This document shows, piece by piece, positions 51,346-64,000 of a stretch of 64,000 bases of DNA; position 1 is the stretch's first letter; the number at the start of each line of letters is the position of its first letter. Under the pieces are notes generated by a model. It saw only the letters and a list, made by a program, of their open reading frames with translations, ran no database searches and was not told where the DNA came from. Both the position numbers and the translations under genes were made by a program. Source of the stretch: Neodothiora populina (taxonomy: Eukaryota). The DNA lies in assembly GCF_041146345.1 (NCBI RefSeq), contig NW_027191404.1, positions 2,356,001 through 2,420,000 on the forward strand. Direction: 5' to 3'.

Positions 51346-54300
51346 ATGGCGTCTGCGTCCGTATCTGCATCTGTATCTGCGTCTCATTCGGGACGTGGGG
51401 GTCGAGTCGGAGACCCTAGCAACAGCACTATGGACTCGTCCGCCGCCGTCACTCCTTCCTCACCGCGACCCCTCCATTGCGAAATACCATCTTCCGAGAC
51501 ATCGTCGGCGATACACTCTCTCACATCAGCAAGTACCATCGACAGCAAACTGGATCTATCACCAGACTCGAGTGCTCGCAAGGGCTCGCTGCTGCGCGAT
51601 TCCTTCTTCGACAACTGGAGGGACGATGGCGGCGCTGCTGTATTGGGTTCTCCGGAGGAGATGCAGCGAAAAGATCCGCTTGCCACGCAGATTTGGAAAC
51701 TATACAGCAAGACCAAGACACAGCTTCCCAATGCAGAGCGCATGGAGAACTTGACGTGGAGGATGATGTCGATGAACCTGCGCAGGAAAGAGCAGGCCAG
51801 GTTACGTCAAGAAGAGTAAGAGAGCACCTTCCCCATTCTTTACGCACTTGCCATTGTTCTTTCACTCTATTTCGCCCTCGTCCAGCACCACCCCAGTCCT
51901 GCTTTGTCACAGTAACAACACCACCTTTATCATCATCATCATTATTATTCAACATGTTTGGCGATGTGCCCACAAGACAGCATCAGCTTACCAGCCCTTG
52001 TCAAATAGACTCTTCCGGGCCACACAGTTCTCGAGTCCAATGGCGGGCAAACAAAATGCGCCCAGCGGCATTGCCCAACTACGACAGTCCGCTGACCAAC
52101 AGGCGCTTGGAAAGAACGGTGCCGCTGTCCACACTAACACCAACACTGCCGAGGCAATGAACCTGGACGACTTCATAGTCCCCTCCTCAATAGCATCCCC
52201 CAGCGCCATCTCGCCGGGTGCGTCGACTACTAGTGACCAGCCTGTGGTGTCGACGACAGCTTCCGCCATCCCCATACGAAAGCAGCAACAGCTCCAGGAG
52301 CAGGACTTCTCTGGTGCCAGAGCTTCCGCTCCCACCACTCAACAGCAAACCCTCAAGGCCAACGGAGGCGACTTTGACTACGTTCAGCGTCATGTTCGCA
52401 AGACGAGCATTGACGAGCGACGAGTATGTATCGAGTCTTCACAAATCACACCGAATTCATGATTACTGACCCCACCGCAGCCTCCGAAGCGACGAGCAGA
52501 CTGCTCGCCTCAAGTCCCTCCTCTGAGCAACAACATGGGCCCCAACGATCTGGGCAATGACCACACCATCCATGAGTACTCTCTGGACGGCTCTCACACT
52601 TTCCAAGCCCAGCACCAGAACTCGCAATCTCAGGTGCCTTTCTCCCTCGATACCTTCAACTTCGATAACTCGAACAACGATCCTTTGCTGTCTTCGGCTG
52701 GCCCGTACCAGCAGCAATTCACTTTCTCGCCTGTTGGCTCGCCCATGATCAGCAATGGTCCGTACACCAACATGTTCAACCAGGCAATGTCAATGCCGCC
52801 GCCGATATCTAGCAGCTACTGCTCTCCTGCAGCTTCCGCCTATCATTCGACAGTTTCGACTCCTCAGCCTCTTCAAGAGAACGAGCAAGTCTTCTTTGGA
52901 TCCTCGAACAGCGTGGACTTGAGACAACATGCCCACATGGGAAGCTACAATCCTAGTTCTCACCAGCAACATGGATCGACCAGTTCCATGCAACAGCAAC
53001 AACAACAACAGCAGCATCAGCATCAGCAGCAGCAACAGCAGCAACAACAACAACAACAACAACAACAATACATTTTCAGCCCTAGCAACGACAGCATCTT
53101 CAGCGCTGTGACAACGGGGCCGCCCTCGGCGTCGTACACGCAATCTGCCTCTTTCAGCATACCGGGTCATATCGATCCCACCGATGTCCTGCCTACAGAC
53201 TTGACTCCTGGTGGCCAGCTCTTTCAGAACAACGAGAACATGTTTTCATTCGGCGGAGACTCAGACAATGAAGACGACGAGAGTGGCAACTTCAACGACC
53301 GCAACCCGTTCATGATGCAGACCGACTTCTCTCCAATTGAAGATCCGTCAATGTCAGAATATCGCTGGGATAATGGTATGAACGGAGCTTTCAATTCTCT
53401 TCCTGCTCGTTACGCTGGCGCTCCCGCACGTAAAGGTGTCAATTTCGGACACACTGAGATGATTCCTCCTTCTCCGCAAGATTGGTCAGTTGGTAGCCTT
53501 GGCCGAACCCACGGTTCCGCTGCTTCAGTCAGTGAGATTCGCAATCGCGGCAACGACCCTCGAAGCAAAAAGATCCCACGCACAAGCTCCACACCCAACG
53601 CGGCAGGCATGGCCCAACATTCCATGTTCTCCATCCGACCTCAGTCGTCGCCAACTTCGCCTCCGGAGTCTGGTTTTAGCTCCATTGCTCCTTCCAGAGC
53701 TGGTAGTCCCAAGCCTGGCGACAACAACGGTGTCCCTACCACGTGTACCAACTGCTTCACACAGACAACGCCCTTGTGGCGTAGAAACCCGGAAGGACAT
53801 CCGCTATGCAACGCATGTGGTCTGTTTCTGAAACTCCACGGTGTTGTTCGGCCCCTCAGTCTGAAGACAGATGTCATCAAGAAACGCAACAGAGGCGGCG
53901 GTGGCGCACCTCCACTGCCCGGGCCTCCTGGACGTTCCAAGAAAACCGCCAGCAGGAAGAACTCTGTTGTGCAGACACCAGCCACCACTCCGAAGAACTC
54001 CGTGCATGACTCTGAGTCTCCCAACTCCATCATGGGATCGGGCCAGTCAACCAGTGGCAACACGCCCACCAGTTCGACGACCGCACCAGCTCCAGCAAAG
54101 ACCACCGTGGTACCGATCGCGCCTGGACCGCCGAAACCTCCCGTCGCTGCGTCAGGCCCTGCTCCTACTCGTTTAGTCGCCCCTAGGCGTCAACGGAAAC
54201 AGAGTCGCGCTGGACAACTACAAGAGGTAGAGATGGGTGATGCTGATGACACAAACGGAAACATGAACGGGCTCAAGGCGAGGGATACGCAACCGGCCCC

Positions 54301-54466
54301 TCCAGCCCCATCAACAAGCCTCACCCCGAACTTCTCGAACATGCCTTCGCCTCCACAAGGCCTAATGATGGGCAATACTGGCTCAGCCGGTCAGATGACC
54401 GGCCCGCCGCCCCCTGGTATGACTGCAGGCCCACAAGAGTGGGAATGGCTCACCATGAGTCTATGA
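51346..54466 (+). CDS. areA: GATA nitrogen regulator AreA/Nit2 (exons 51346-51815, 52009-52423, 52481-54466)
   Basis: [13 protein letters not shown]...[24 protein letters not shown] finger [33 protein letters not shown] and C-terminal EWEWLTMSL. Confidence 0.97.
52991..53068 (+). repeat. CAA/CAG polyglutamine tract in AreA (26 codons, Q8HQHQ15)
   Basis: Direct reading of the sequence. Confidence 0.95.
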
Positions 54467-54502
54467 GATGGTCTACTTTCACAGTCGCTCGAATACGTAA
54501 TG

Positions 54503-54694
54503 TCAATGTTGCGTCGTCCAGTGACCTTGGAAAAGAGTCAATCTTTTCCAAGATTACGAGACCTCTGAAACGCAAGACATTGCCGTCAAGCAAAGGTTTC
54601 CCCTTTTCTCTCGTTTTGATACCCGCCCATTATACCTTTTGGGGCTTTCTTGGTTCGACTCTTCATCTCCGAGGTCTCGAAAAGAGGCCTCGGA
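54503..54694 (+). promoter_or_regulatory. Stem-loops in the areA 3' UTR
   Basis: CTTGGAAAAGA-gtcaa-TCTTTTCCAAG (54526-54552) and TCCGAGGTCTC-gaaaa-GAGGCCTCGGA (54668-54694). Confidence 0.55.
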
Positions 54695-57600
54695 CCGGAT
54701 CTGGACTTTTATTTATACGTCAATTTGCACAAGGTGCAATCTAGCGCCTAATCTCGCAAGGAGTTCCGGATGATTGTGATGTCGTTTTGGACATACTATT
54801 TCTCACATCTTGTTACTTAGACTCGGATTCGATCCGATATATGGTCTTTTCTCTTACGATCTTAGAGTGGTTTTGTTTGCTGGACATTCCAAACTCTGGA
54901 AGAGTGGTGGCGGTGTCAAGATTTGCAATGGTTTTTTTTCAGTTTGTTTTGGTTTTCCTTGGTCAGTGATTGATAATGACGGCTGATGATGCCTCATGAG
55001 GGATGAGATGATAGTCTGCAATGTTGTACACAGGCAGACAGGCGGCGAATATAGATATATTTCTTGGTGGTCACTATCAGTACTAATTATTCGCTTGGTT
55101 TTATGGGAAAGACTGAATTCTGATATCTGCAAATTTTCCCGTCTGACGATGAAGGTGATTGTATGATATGAATCTGCTTAAATGTCGAGTATCTACTGTT
55201 GGCTGTGTCTAAAGCGTGCGATGCACACTAGCCCCGGTAGGAGGAACGACCATCAATCGGCCGGGGACATGAGTCGAACAGTGCCTGTAGCATGGCCCAC
55301 CATCTCGATCACCGTAAACAGAGCGGCGGAGATAGTAGACCAACCAAAATAAAAATGAGCAAGTCCGATGTCTACCGCTCTTACCGCAATTACCCTTGCT
55401 GCCAATCCGGCACCGTCTGCTCACTCTACTCTTTTGGACCAAGTAAGATGATAATTCAAGTAAGGTAATAATGATAGTGGCTACAGTAGAGACTAAGAAA
55501 CAAAAAAAAGAACATGCTACCACACGGTTACACTGACTACCTTAGCGACATGTGGTCCACCTCGACTCGCTCCTACCCACGAGCAGCACATAACGACGAC
55601 TACGACGCGGTGAAGGCGGACTAAGGTAGGCACTTAGAGCAGGAAGACGACTACAGTACAAACGAATGTAATGCTATGACGATAACAATCTGCAACGCCG
55701 ACATACCCTACCTTCCTTTACCTCAAGGGACATCGTAGAGGAGCTGGACTGGTCTGAGCCGACGACTATAGTGATTGGTACGAGGTCGTACATATTTCTG
55801 TCCCATAACGGTCTGTTCACAGGTCTTTTAACTCACTTTAATGGCTATACTCTTCCAATCATCACACATGAATTCATGTGCGTGATGAGACGAAGCTACC
55901 TTACTTACCACCTCTCCGTCCCCCTTACCCTCTTCCCTTCAGCAATAAGAAAACCGATCCAGACGACTACGCCAATGATAAAACATTTCGTCACTTCACC
56001 ATCAACCGAAAACCAAGGGGAAAAAAGTTCAATCTAATCCTACCATAAAACAGTTTTGTCCCATCGGAGTCTTGCTCGGTGAGAAAGTGGGGACCAACCA
56101 GCGCTGACCTTTAAACCGGACTGGACTGGAGCTTGTTTTGGTTTGTTTAATTGTGGGACTTCGCTGGTTGCTCTGGGACTGGAGCTGTAACTGCGTTGCT
56201 TTGCTTGCTTGCGTGCATATACTGAATTCGGAAGGGGGATGATAGAAGGGCAAGGGGCTGATGAAGTTGGGATATACTCGATGGGAAAAGGGGGTGGACG
56301 GATATACTACGCTACACGGTATCATATGGTTGGTCACGTAGAGTTGTCGGTTAGTCAAAGTGGATGCATCGAATAATAGTCAGTCAATCAAGATCCCGAA
56401 TATTTGTTTTGAATCGTGAGTAGTGTGCATTCTCATCGAGTAAGGACTTTGGCTGCGTTTACTGCTCATAGGAGAGCGCTTTTCGGGGCTTGGAGTTCTC
56501 TCTGTATTGATTTTCTCTGTATCTACGAGATGATCTTGGCTATGTAGCACTACGAAAGATGTTACTACACGATTGATGGACCTCGAGGTCATCTCTGCAC
56601 TATTCACATTCTTGATGGATGTGCTGCTGTATGTGACCAGACACACAAGAAGAAGGCATATCCAAGCCAGAGGTCTGAGACCTACTATTGCTGCGACTCG
56701 TCTAGCCTCTTCCTGATTTTCTGTATCCCGTGAAATCTCACAGGGTGTTTTGCACGTCTGCCATGTGGTTGTGTAGATGCAAGGATACAATACAATTCAC
56801 GACATACAATTACCAACACCAAATGTCATGGTTATCACAGCTGTCTTCCATGTATATCCTAGAAAGCTTGTTTTGCTAAGGGACGAACGACAGTAGAGAA
56901 AAAAACGCGAGATCTGCGAAAGAGGCTTCGCAATGGTTTTCTCCATTCGGGTTCATTGTAATAATGTCTTGGTCAGATGCGCGAGTACGGTGTACCCGGC
57001 TGGCCGCTTACCTATAAACCGTTCTATGGCTGGAGTAGGTCACCTAGGGTATGAACCTAATGTTGGATTTACGATACAAGTACCTTGTTCATGGCATTGT
57101 AAAGCCATGACCATGATGCAAACACGCATGTAATCCAAGCGGCGGGCCCTTGGCAGACACGAAAAGGTCTGTGAAGAGCCAGAAGGAATATCAACGGGCG
57201 AGAGGAATCCGAGGCTTGTTTTGCTTTGTCTTTGCGCACCAGCACTGCGCATCGTGTAATTGCATGTAGTGATCAGATCATAGTGTGTAGCCGGAGCGGA
57301 ATTGTTATGTTGCTTAACTCCGCTCTTCGGGATCAGAATATTGAAGCCACACGGCAGAAACCAATGGATACTGTCCCTTGTGGTGAGCTTACAATGTTGA
57401 TGTCTTACTACGCTTGCCATGCTTCCGTCCCGTCCTCGGAAAGCGGATAGACGAAAGGCAAGGTCCCAGAGGAGCCTTGCTGCGGAAGTGAGACCGGTTG
57501 TTGAACGCCTGTGTGCATGGCGTGTTGTGGCTAACTGACGCTGACCATGCGGCACATACATACCAGTGTACATGTACCTTGGCTAGCGAAGGACATCCGC

Positions 57601-59814
57601 AATAGACTTTGCGGAAGCCTTAGATCTGTGAGTCTCATGATCAGAGTCCATCTGGGTCAAGAGAGAAATAGTCAGGTAGCCTTTGTGGAGCAGATGCACA
57701 GGGGTTTTGAGCCAGCCATGGTCCACCAATACTTCCAGGCTCTGCAGTCGTCAAAGAGACTCGTGCAACAAGCGCAAGCAAGCGCGAGTAGGCCGCAGAA
57801 ACAATGGCACCACGCATCCATGCATGCATGGATGCACGCAATAGAGAAAAAAGAAAAAGGAAAAGCCCATGCATGCGGACGACACATTGCAGGAGCTGAC
57901 GCGCACTGCGAAACTTCCCAAAAGCCTGCATGGGTTGAACATGTGCACGCGCGCGTGCTGTCTGTCCGGCGGCAGGGATCGGGCAAGAGAAAGTAAGAAG
58001 TGGATGTGGGGCTTGATGGCCTCGCCCTTGGGGCAGAATTCAATTGCTGCTTACTGCAGCACACCATTTTGCAGGTGACAGGCGAGCAGGCCAAGAGGTG
58101 GGACAGATGTGCTTAGAGTGTAATTGCTGCTCCTGCTGGTGTCATGTGGGGGATTCGGGAAGGGATAATTCGGCGACTTGGCCGATGCAAAGAAACGAGG
58201 GCCCGTGCTATTCGGTTCCATCGTGCCTAATAGTTGCATTGTTAGGTCCTAGTTCCTGATATATAACAGATTGGGTTTGGTATGATGGTCCAGCATCCTG
58301 TACTCCCTGACTTAGAAAGAATTAGGGGATAGAGTGGTTCTCCTTTTCTGTACCTGTTATGCCATCTCATCGGTATGTCAAAGGTTGACTAGTCCGAGTT
58401 GTGCTCAGGGGGAATCGAATCGAGAAGGAGGCTCAAATGAATACGCAAGATCAGGGTACAGCACTGTAGTGTACCGTATTGTCCGTACCCAAAGGTATGC
58501 TTTCCGATGGGGGGGCAGTCAGAGTAAGTGGGGAGGAGGATTTCCCATGTGCGTCGATCGGCGTTCACTGCAATACTGCAAGTGTCTGCAGTGCGGCATC
58601 GATGGAACATCGCCCTTCAAGGCCAAAGCTTTCACTTCAACGCTACAGTACAGTGGACACAGCTGTACCGCGGCGTACGCACGCAGCACGTGTAAAGTGG
58701 TACCAAAGTAGAGCGACAGTCTGGCAATAAATAGTACGACGATGAGGCGTACGTCTCCACCATCCCCATCGCTAACATCACGATCAAAATCAAGCATCCA
58801 TCAAGTTTTCCTTACGGGAGTTTTCGCGGTCTGCAGTATTGCGTCGGAGAATATATTGCTTGGGCACGTGCGCAAACGGTGGTGCATGTCGTTCGTCCAT
58901 CGACGCTTTTTAGACCAACACATATACGTTGGCTTGGTGGAGCATAGCATAAGACAAGGACGTTGTTACGGTATTGTCAGCAACGTCGTGTAAAAGCGAA
59001 ATTTCGTAGGCGCCGACCGATCATGGAACGCGGTTCGTGAGCCGACGAGTAGGATTCGGAAGCACGAAGGATTGACCTGGATAATATTCCAATGCGACAT
59101 CAGCAATGGCCCCTTTTCTTTCTTTATCGATTTGCACATCTCAACGGTCCCACCGGTGGTTGATCTCTATGATCATCTTGAAACAGTATCCAAGGTCAAC
59201 AACAGGTCTCGAGCCCAAGTTTCTCCGTTTCTGGATTGCAGAAAGATGATGCGTTTCACGGGGCGGAGAGGTTGTTGATCCCTTGTGGGTACGATACAAG
59301 TACAACCACTATGCGGCTGTGCGGCATGATCCAGATTGGGTGCTTTGACAGACACTGAAGACCAGATGTAATTCGTGACCTGCAGTGAGATGTTTCGGCT
59401 ATAGAAGTAGAGAGTATGGCGATGATCGCCATTATATGAAGCTACGGTGAAGTAGATGGCTATGATCCCGGAGTTGACGGGGCGTCGTCCTTTCTTCGTC
59501 ATGGGCATGATCCTCGACGCAGGGAGGTGAAACCGCTACACAAGAAGAAAACTAAAGCAAGAGGCAGACCTGCGGTTCGGCTGCATACAGTGAAACGCTT
59601 GTCATCGACACGTAAACACCAAAATTTGAGTGACAGCCACAGACACGAATCAATCGTCAAAGTGAGCACCTTTGGACGCCCGCGGCTGCGACATCCGGCG
59701 AAGCATAGGTTGTCGGGCTTATTTGGATATTTATATTCACTGCTTCTCAATACTAAAACTAAGGGACTGCCGGGACGGTCCCAAATTACATGTGGGCTTC
59801 CAATCACTCCTGGT

Positions 59815-61770
59815 CTACCAATCGTCGTTGTCGTCCTCGTCATCTGTAAAGAATTAGTACTTGTCACATGACAACATGCACATGCAGATAGACATGACTT
59901 ACCGCTGTGGCTGACCTTGCTCTTCCGCGCAGCGAGGGCGCTAGCCAATGCACCAGCCAGCCCACCAGCTGCCTCGCCTCCGCCGCCTCCAGCAGCAGCA
60001 GCTGGAGCACCAGGTGCGGCAGACTCGTTACCGGGGACCAGAGCCGCACTTCTATCCTTCTTTTCACTGTCCGACACTTTCTTGAGTCTGGCTCCTCCGC
60101 GAATGTCCGCCAGCAGGCCACCTCTTTCGCCACCTCCAGGGGGTAACTGCGGTAGAGGCGGAGCTGCAGGTGCGTCTGCGGGAGCACGACCCGGTGGGAG
60201 TGGTGGTGGGGGAGGCGGACCGCCAGTGCCGCCTGGGGGCAATGGTGGAGGTGGAGGCGGTAGTGGTGGACCACCGCTCGAAGATGGCGGCAATGGTGGA
60301 GGCGGTGGAGGACCACCGACTGAGGGCGGCGGGGGCATAGGTCGGCTGGAGGTTGGAGGCAAGGGTGGAGGACCTGGAGGACCACCAGGACTCTTCGGTG
60401 GGAGAGGAGGCGGAGCTGTATGAGGCGTCGACGTGTCCCGCGCGGGCGGCGGTGGTGGGACAGGGGCTCGAGATGGGGGAGGTGGTGGTACAGAGCCCGA
60501 AGATAGACGGTTCCCACCAAATGGCGGCGGAACGCCAAATCTGTGGTTAGAGTCGTCTTCATTGGGAGCTTTGGTAGGGACTCGCGGCGGAGGTGGAGGA
60601 GCAGACGGAAACGGTTGAGACTGAGAGATGGCTCTCGTCCTGCCAGGTGGGGGCGGCGGCTGATGTGCGAATTTACCAGCATCCGCCAACGGAGGAGGTG
60701 CACGGAAGCGTGGTTGTGCAGGAGACGGAGCTCTTGGTGGAGATGGCGAGGGCGAGGGAGGACGAGGAGTTGAAGATGGCGTAGACACTGGCGGAGCTCC
60801 AGCGCGTCTGGATGGCGGAGGCGCTGGGGGAGGTCCACGTTTCCCACTGCCGCTGCCCCCGGTGGTTTGGGGAGAGAGGTTGGCCATTCGCGAGGGTGTG
60901 CTCCCTGGCGGAGGTGGAGGCGGAGCTCTGGACTTGCGCTCATTCTCGGCCGCCTCGTTCGCCTTGCTCTGCTCAAGGTAGGTCTTGATGAAGCCCGAAT
61001 GTTCCTCAATCTGATCCTCGGTGATGCCCATGGCTAGCAGATCGTTCAGAACATTCTGCACTGCAGGGTCGGTCAGGTCGATGGTAGACGAGGCTCTAGG
61101 GCGGGTGGGCTGTGGGCTGTTGATGGTGACCTCTCGTGGGGGAATGATTGATTGGGCAGGAGGCTGGTGTGAGGCCGATGTGTGGCGGTGGCCTGGCAAG
61201 AGGTTTCCGATGCCGAATCGATGAGACTTGCCACCACTGCTGTGCACGGGAGCTGCTGCAGCGACACCTCCACCTCCACCTGGAGTTGCGCCCAATCCAA
61301 AGGGCTTGTTCTTTGTGTTCTTGTGCGCATTCTTCTCGCGCTCGTCCATCTTCTTCTTGAATTGCTTCGCCTCCTTCTCATCAGCAAACGACAGCCCAGC
61401 CATACAATTTTCCAGCTCAAAGGTGTGGAAGAAGGTCCTGTCCTGGTTGTAGGAGAAGGAGTCGTATATCTCCTGATCCCAGAGTACGCCGCGATTGGAG
61501 GGCTGGACCAACATGGTGTCAGTATGAAGAGCATTGGCTCGACTGTCTAATGTGTCTTACCGATACGTCAACCAGCTTGATCCAGAAAGTATTGCCCACG
61601 AGGTCGTTGGCGAGCACAGCAGCGCCCTGTAGACCGGTATAAGTCCATCGTTGCCTGTTTGGATGGGCAACGTATAGTTTGGCGACGGCGACGGCGTGGA
61701 TCTTGTTGGATGCCTTGGGCACCGTCCGCTTGACCGTCTGCTTGTCGTCGTCGGAGAGAATCGAAGGCAT
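59815..61770 (-). CDS. LAS17: WASP family actin assembly factor (WH1, polyproline, WH2, acidic); introns 61560-61503, 59902-59844
   Basis: MPSILSDDDKQTVKRTVPK WH1 domain, polyproline runs, RGGLLADIRGGARLKKV WH2 motif, and terminal exon DDEDDNDDW*. Confidence 0.95.
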
Positions 61771-62764
61771 TGTGTGAGGTGATGAGGCTGTTCCCTGAGT
61801 TGTCCTCGGACAGGCTAGCTCTCGGTGGGATCACGTGAGCCTGTGTATCTCAGACAATCCTTTGACTCGAAGCCTTCGTCATGTAGATGCCCCGAGAGTC
61901 GGCGCCTGGATGTGTTTGTATACCAGACCAGGTTGGATGGTTCTGGCGCATCGGTAGCAAGCTATGGAGGGGGTCGGACCCAAGTCGGTCGCAGCCAAGA
62001 ATAGAAGCCTTGCGTCAGACAACTGCTGAGAACCCAATCAACGAAAGGGGATGAGAAAGATGACGAGTAATGATTCAGAGGTCAACGCAGTGATGTCAAA
62101 TATTGTATATCTCAATTGAGGCAAGGTACAGGTAACTCTGCGGTGATGTAGGGCAAGGGCTATAGGGCACCTTCCCTCCCGAGCCTCCCAAGTGTCTGTA
62201 CCTTCCGATTACCTTACCATTAAAGCCACGACGTTGACGCAACCCAACCGGCCCGCTTCGGCTTCCGGGCATCAACGCCAAGATTTCGGGGGCACATCCA
62301 GGCTTTCGACATGAGGAAATGCTTCTGACATGGCTTGGCGCAAATTACACTTGTTGATATTGGGAACAGCATATTGCTGCCGTGATATTCTACTCAACCT
62401 ATCAGGCGCTTGTTCAGATATAGAGAGTAGTCCGCAAACCATGAAACAGCCTGCAGCTCAATGGGATCGAGGAAATGGTCATTTTTGGTCGCTCCGGTGA
62501 CCTTGCTTCTAGTAGAATCCTTTGTGGGAAAAAAACCTCAACATAGAAAGACGCCCCAACGCTTGATGACCATCGTGAATCTCTCTTCTTGCTATCGCCG
62601 AGAGCCTGTTTGTCATGAGCGCTGCATCTTTTCGTGGCCCTTGCAAGGCTAGCACCTGCACGCAAAACTGCATATAGTGGTGGACAGCGAGTCGCCTGCT
62701 CATCACGGCGCTCGACACGGTCCTTGCCCATGCCACAGAAAACCGCCGAAGACGAAAACCACGC

Positions 62765-63422
62765 TCAAATGTCATCAATGTCGACGTCGTCTCCGCTGTC
62801 GTCTGAGTCGTCCTCTCCGAATTCCAGACCCATCTCCTCTTGCTCGCCACCGTACGTGTCCGTCTCGTTGATCTTGGCCGTCTCGGGCAGCTCGCCGTAA
62901 GCCTTGAGACTACGTGCCTCGTCGGCGCTGTACTTGAGGATGACGTCGCCCTTCTCGTCTTGGTAGTCTCGGAGCGAGAGGAGAATGATGTCGCCTTGGT
63001 TGATCCAGACCTTCTTTCTGAGCTTGCCGCGGATATGTGCTAGTCGCTTTGCGCCGTCGAAGCAGAGGGCCTCCAGTCTTCCGTTACCCAGCATCTTGAC
63101 GACCTGTGCGTACTCTGTAGGCCGTTTGAATTAGTCGCTTATGTGATTCAGGAGCGCTGCATGTAACGACCGCTGGGCCGTCGACAGGCTGGAGAGGTGA
63201 TGCGTACCTTGTCCCTCCTCCTTGAAGGTGAGTTCACGCTTCTCATTGTCGTTCTCGTTCTTTCCTCTTCTCCTGTTCTTTCCTCCCTGTTGTCACCCGT
63301 CGAGTCAGCGCACAAGTCCCCTGGCCAAAAAGTAGACAATAACTTGGTGGGCGAGGGATATGATGGAAGTGATATGATGAAAGTTCTGACAGGGCGCTTA
63401 CCTTTCCCTTGTTCTTAGGCAT
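62765..63422 (-). CDS. TIF11: Translation initiation factor eIF1A (exons 63422-63402, 63286-63208, 63114-62765)
   Basis: [49 protein letters not shown]... Confidence 0.97.
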
Positions 63423-64000
63423 GGCGACGGTCGCTCTGTCTGCTTAGTCCAATAGCGTGCGGCTCCGTTGCCTTTGACGACGAGTGTCTCTGTTTGCAAA
63501 AGATGTGTTTTTGCGGTGTGCAGTTGCGAAAAGAGAGTGAGGGGCGCTGTTGTAGATGCACAGATGACTCTGCCCAGGTGCGTCAGGGTGGGGTTTCACT
63601 GTCATTGGGCAAAAAGTTCCGCCAAGACATGTCCCGTCTTTGTCTTTATTCGCCGCCTTTGACCTCTCCGACTTCAAGCTTGTCATACATGACAATATAT
63701 CATTCATCGAGCTGTTGGCTCAATCCGCGCAATGTCGAGACCTTTTGTCAGGAAATCCCTCAGTATACCAGGCCATCTCTTGCCTCACTTCTCTATGCGG
63801 TTTGAACCTTCCCCGAAAGCCATGAACTGCACCACCCTGCCAGTGACCGTAAACATCTTACATGAACCCACACATCCCTTTTATATTCCCATCCAGCGTC
63901 GTTATGCTGCATGGGACCCGGAAAAGTTTTATTGGGTGATCAGATGTCCCGCCTCTTTGTCCAAAAAGCGCACTGTCCGTACCTGGGCTATGAAAAGGGT

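Noticed and set aside
51801..51816. Alternative in-phase areA donor GTTACG, 15 nt upstream of GTAAGA
   Set aside because: Poor donor consensus and no supporting evidence.
54645..54665. GGTTCGA T-loop-like motif (also near 4762)
   Set aside because: No cloverleaf or acceptor stem around it, so not a tRNA.
59499..59814. C-terminal extension of the 671-aa LAS17 ORF
   Set aside because: Artefact of reading through intron 59902-59844; the spliced form ends in the canonical acidic DDW.
1..64000. Transposons, CRISPR arrays, rRNA and secondary-metabolite clusters
   Set aside because: No transposase/RT ORFs, TIRs or LTRs, spaced repeats, rRNA motifs, or PKS/NRPS genes seen.

Overview
Gene-dense, intron-containing eukaryotic DNA from a filamentous ascomycete (Pezizomycotina; protein style suggests Dothideomycetes, which is an inference). 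Introns have GT..AG ends with CTRAY branch sites. I can build models for 22 protein-coding genes, mostly housekeeping: RNH202 (partial), MCM10, a BTB-domain protein, NTE1, PAF1, a C2H2 protein, a DUF4188 protein, a GPI/PAN-Apple wall protein, complex I NUXM, BTA1, GCV2, MCP1, a HotDog thioesterase, SNC1, a GH76 DCW1/DFG5, a RID/Masc1-type C5 methyltransferase, ADE4, CNL1, areA, LAS17/WASP and eIF1A. I found no tRNA, rRNA, CRISPR or intact transposon. The most unusual signal is a ~2.3-2.9 kb ORF-free interval between CNL1 and areA (~47350-50100). It is packed with local and long-range helices whose G-U pairs indicate a + strand RNA. It has pseudoknot-like pairings and duplicated 5' splice-site motifs reminiscent of telomerase RNA, but no canonical template on that strand. 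Other signals are mutually exclusive hairpins in the areA 3' UTR, a self-folding 430-nt SNC1 intron, a 109-bp tandem duplication and MCB-like sites in the RNH202/MCM10 bidirectional promoter. All helices were found by eye and have not been computed.
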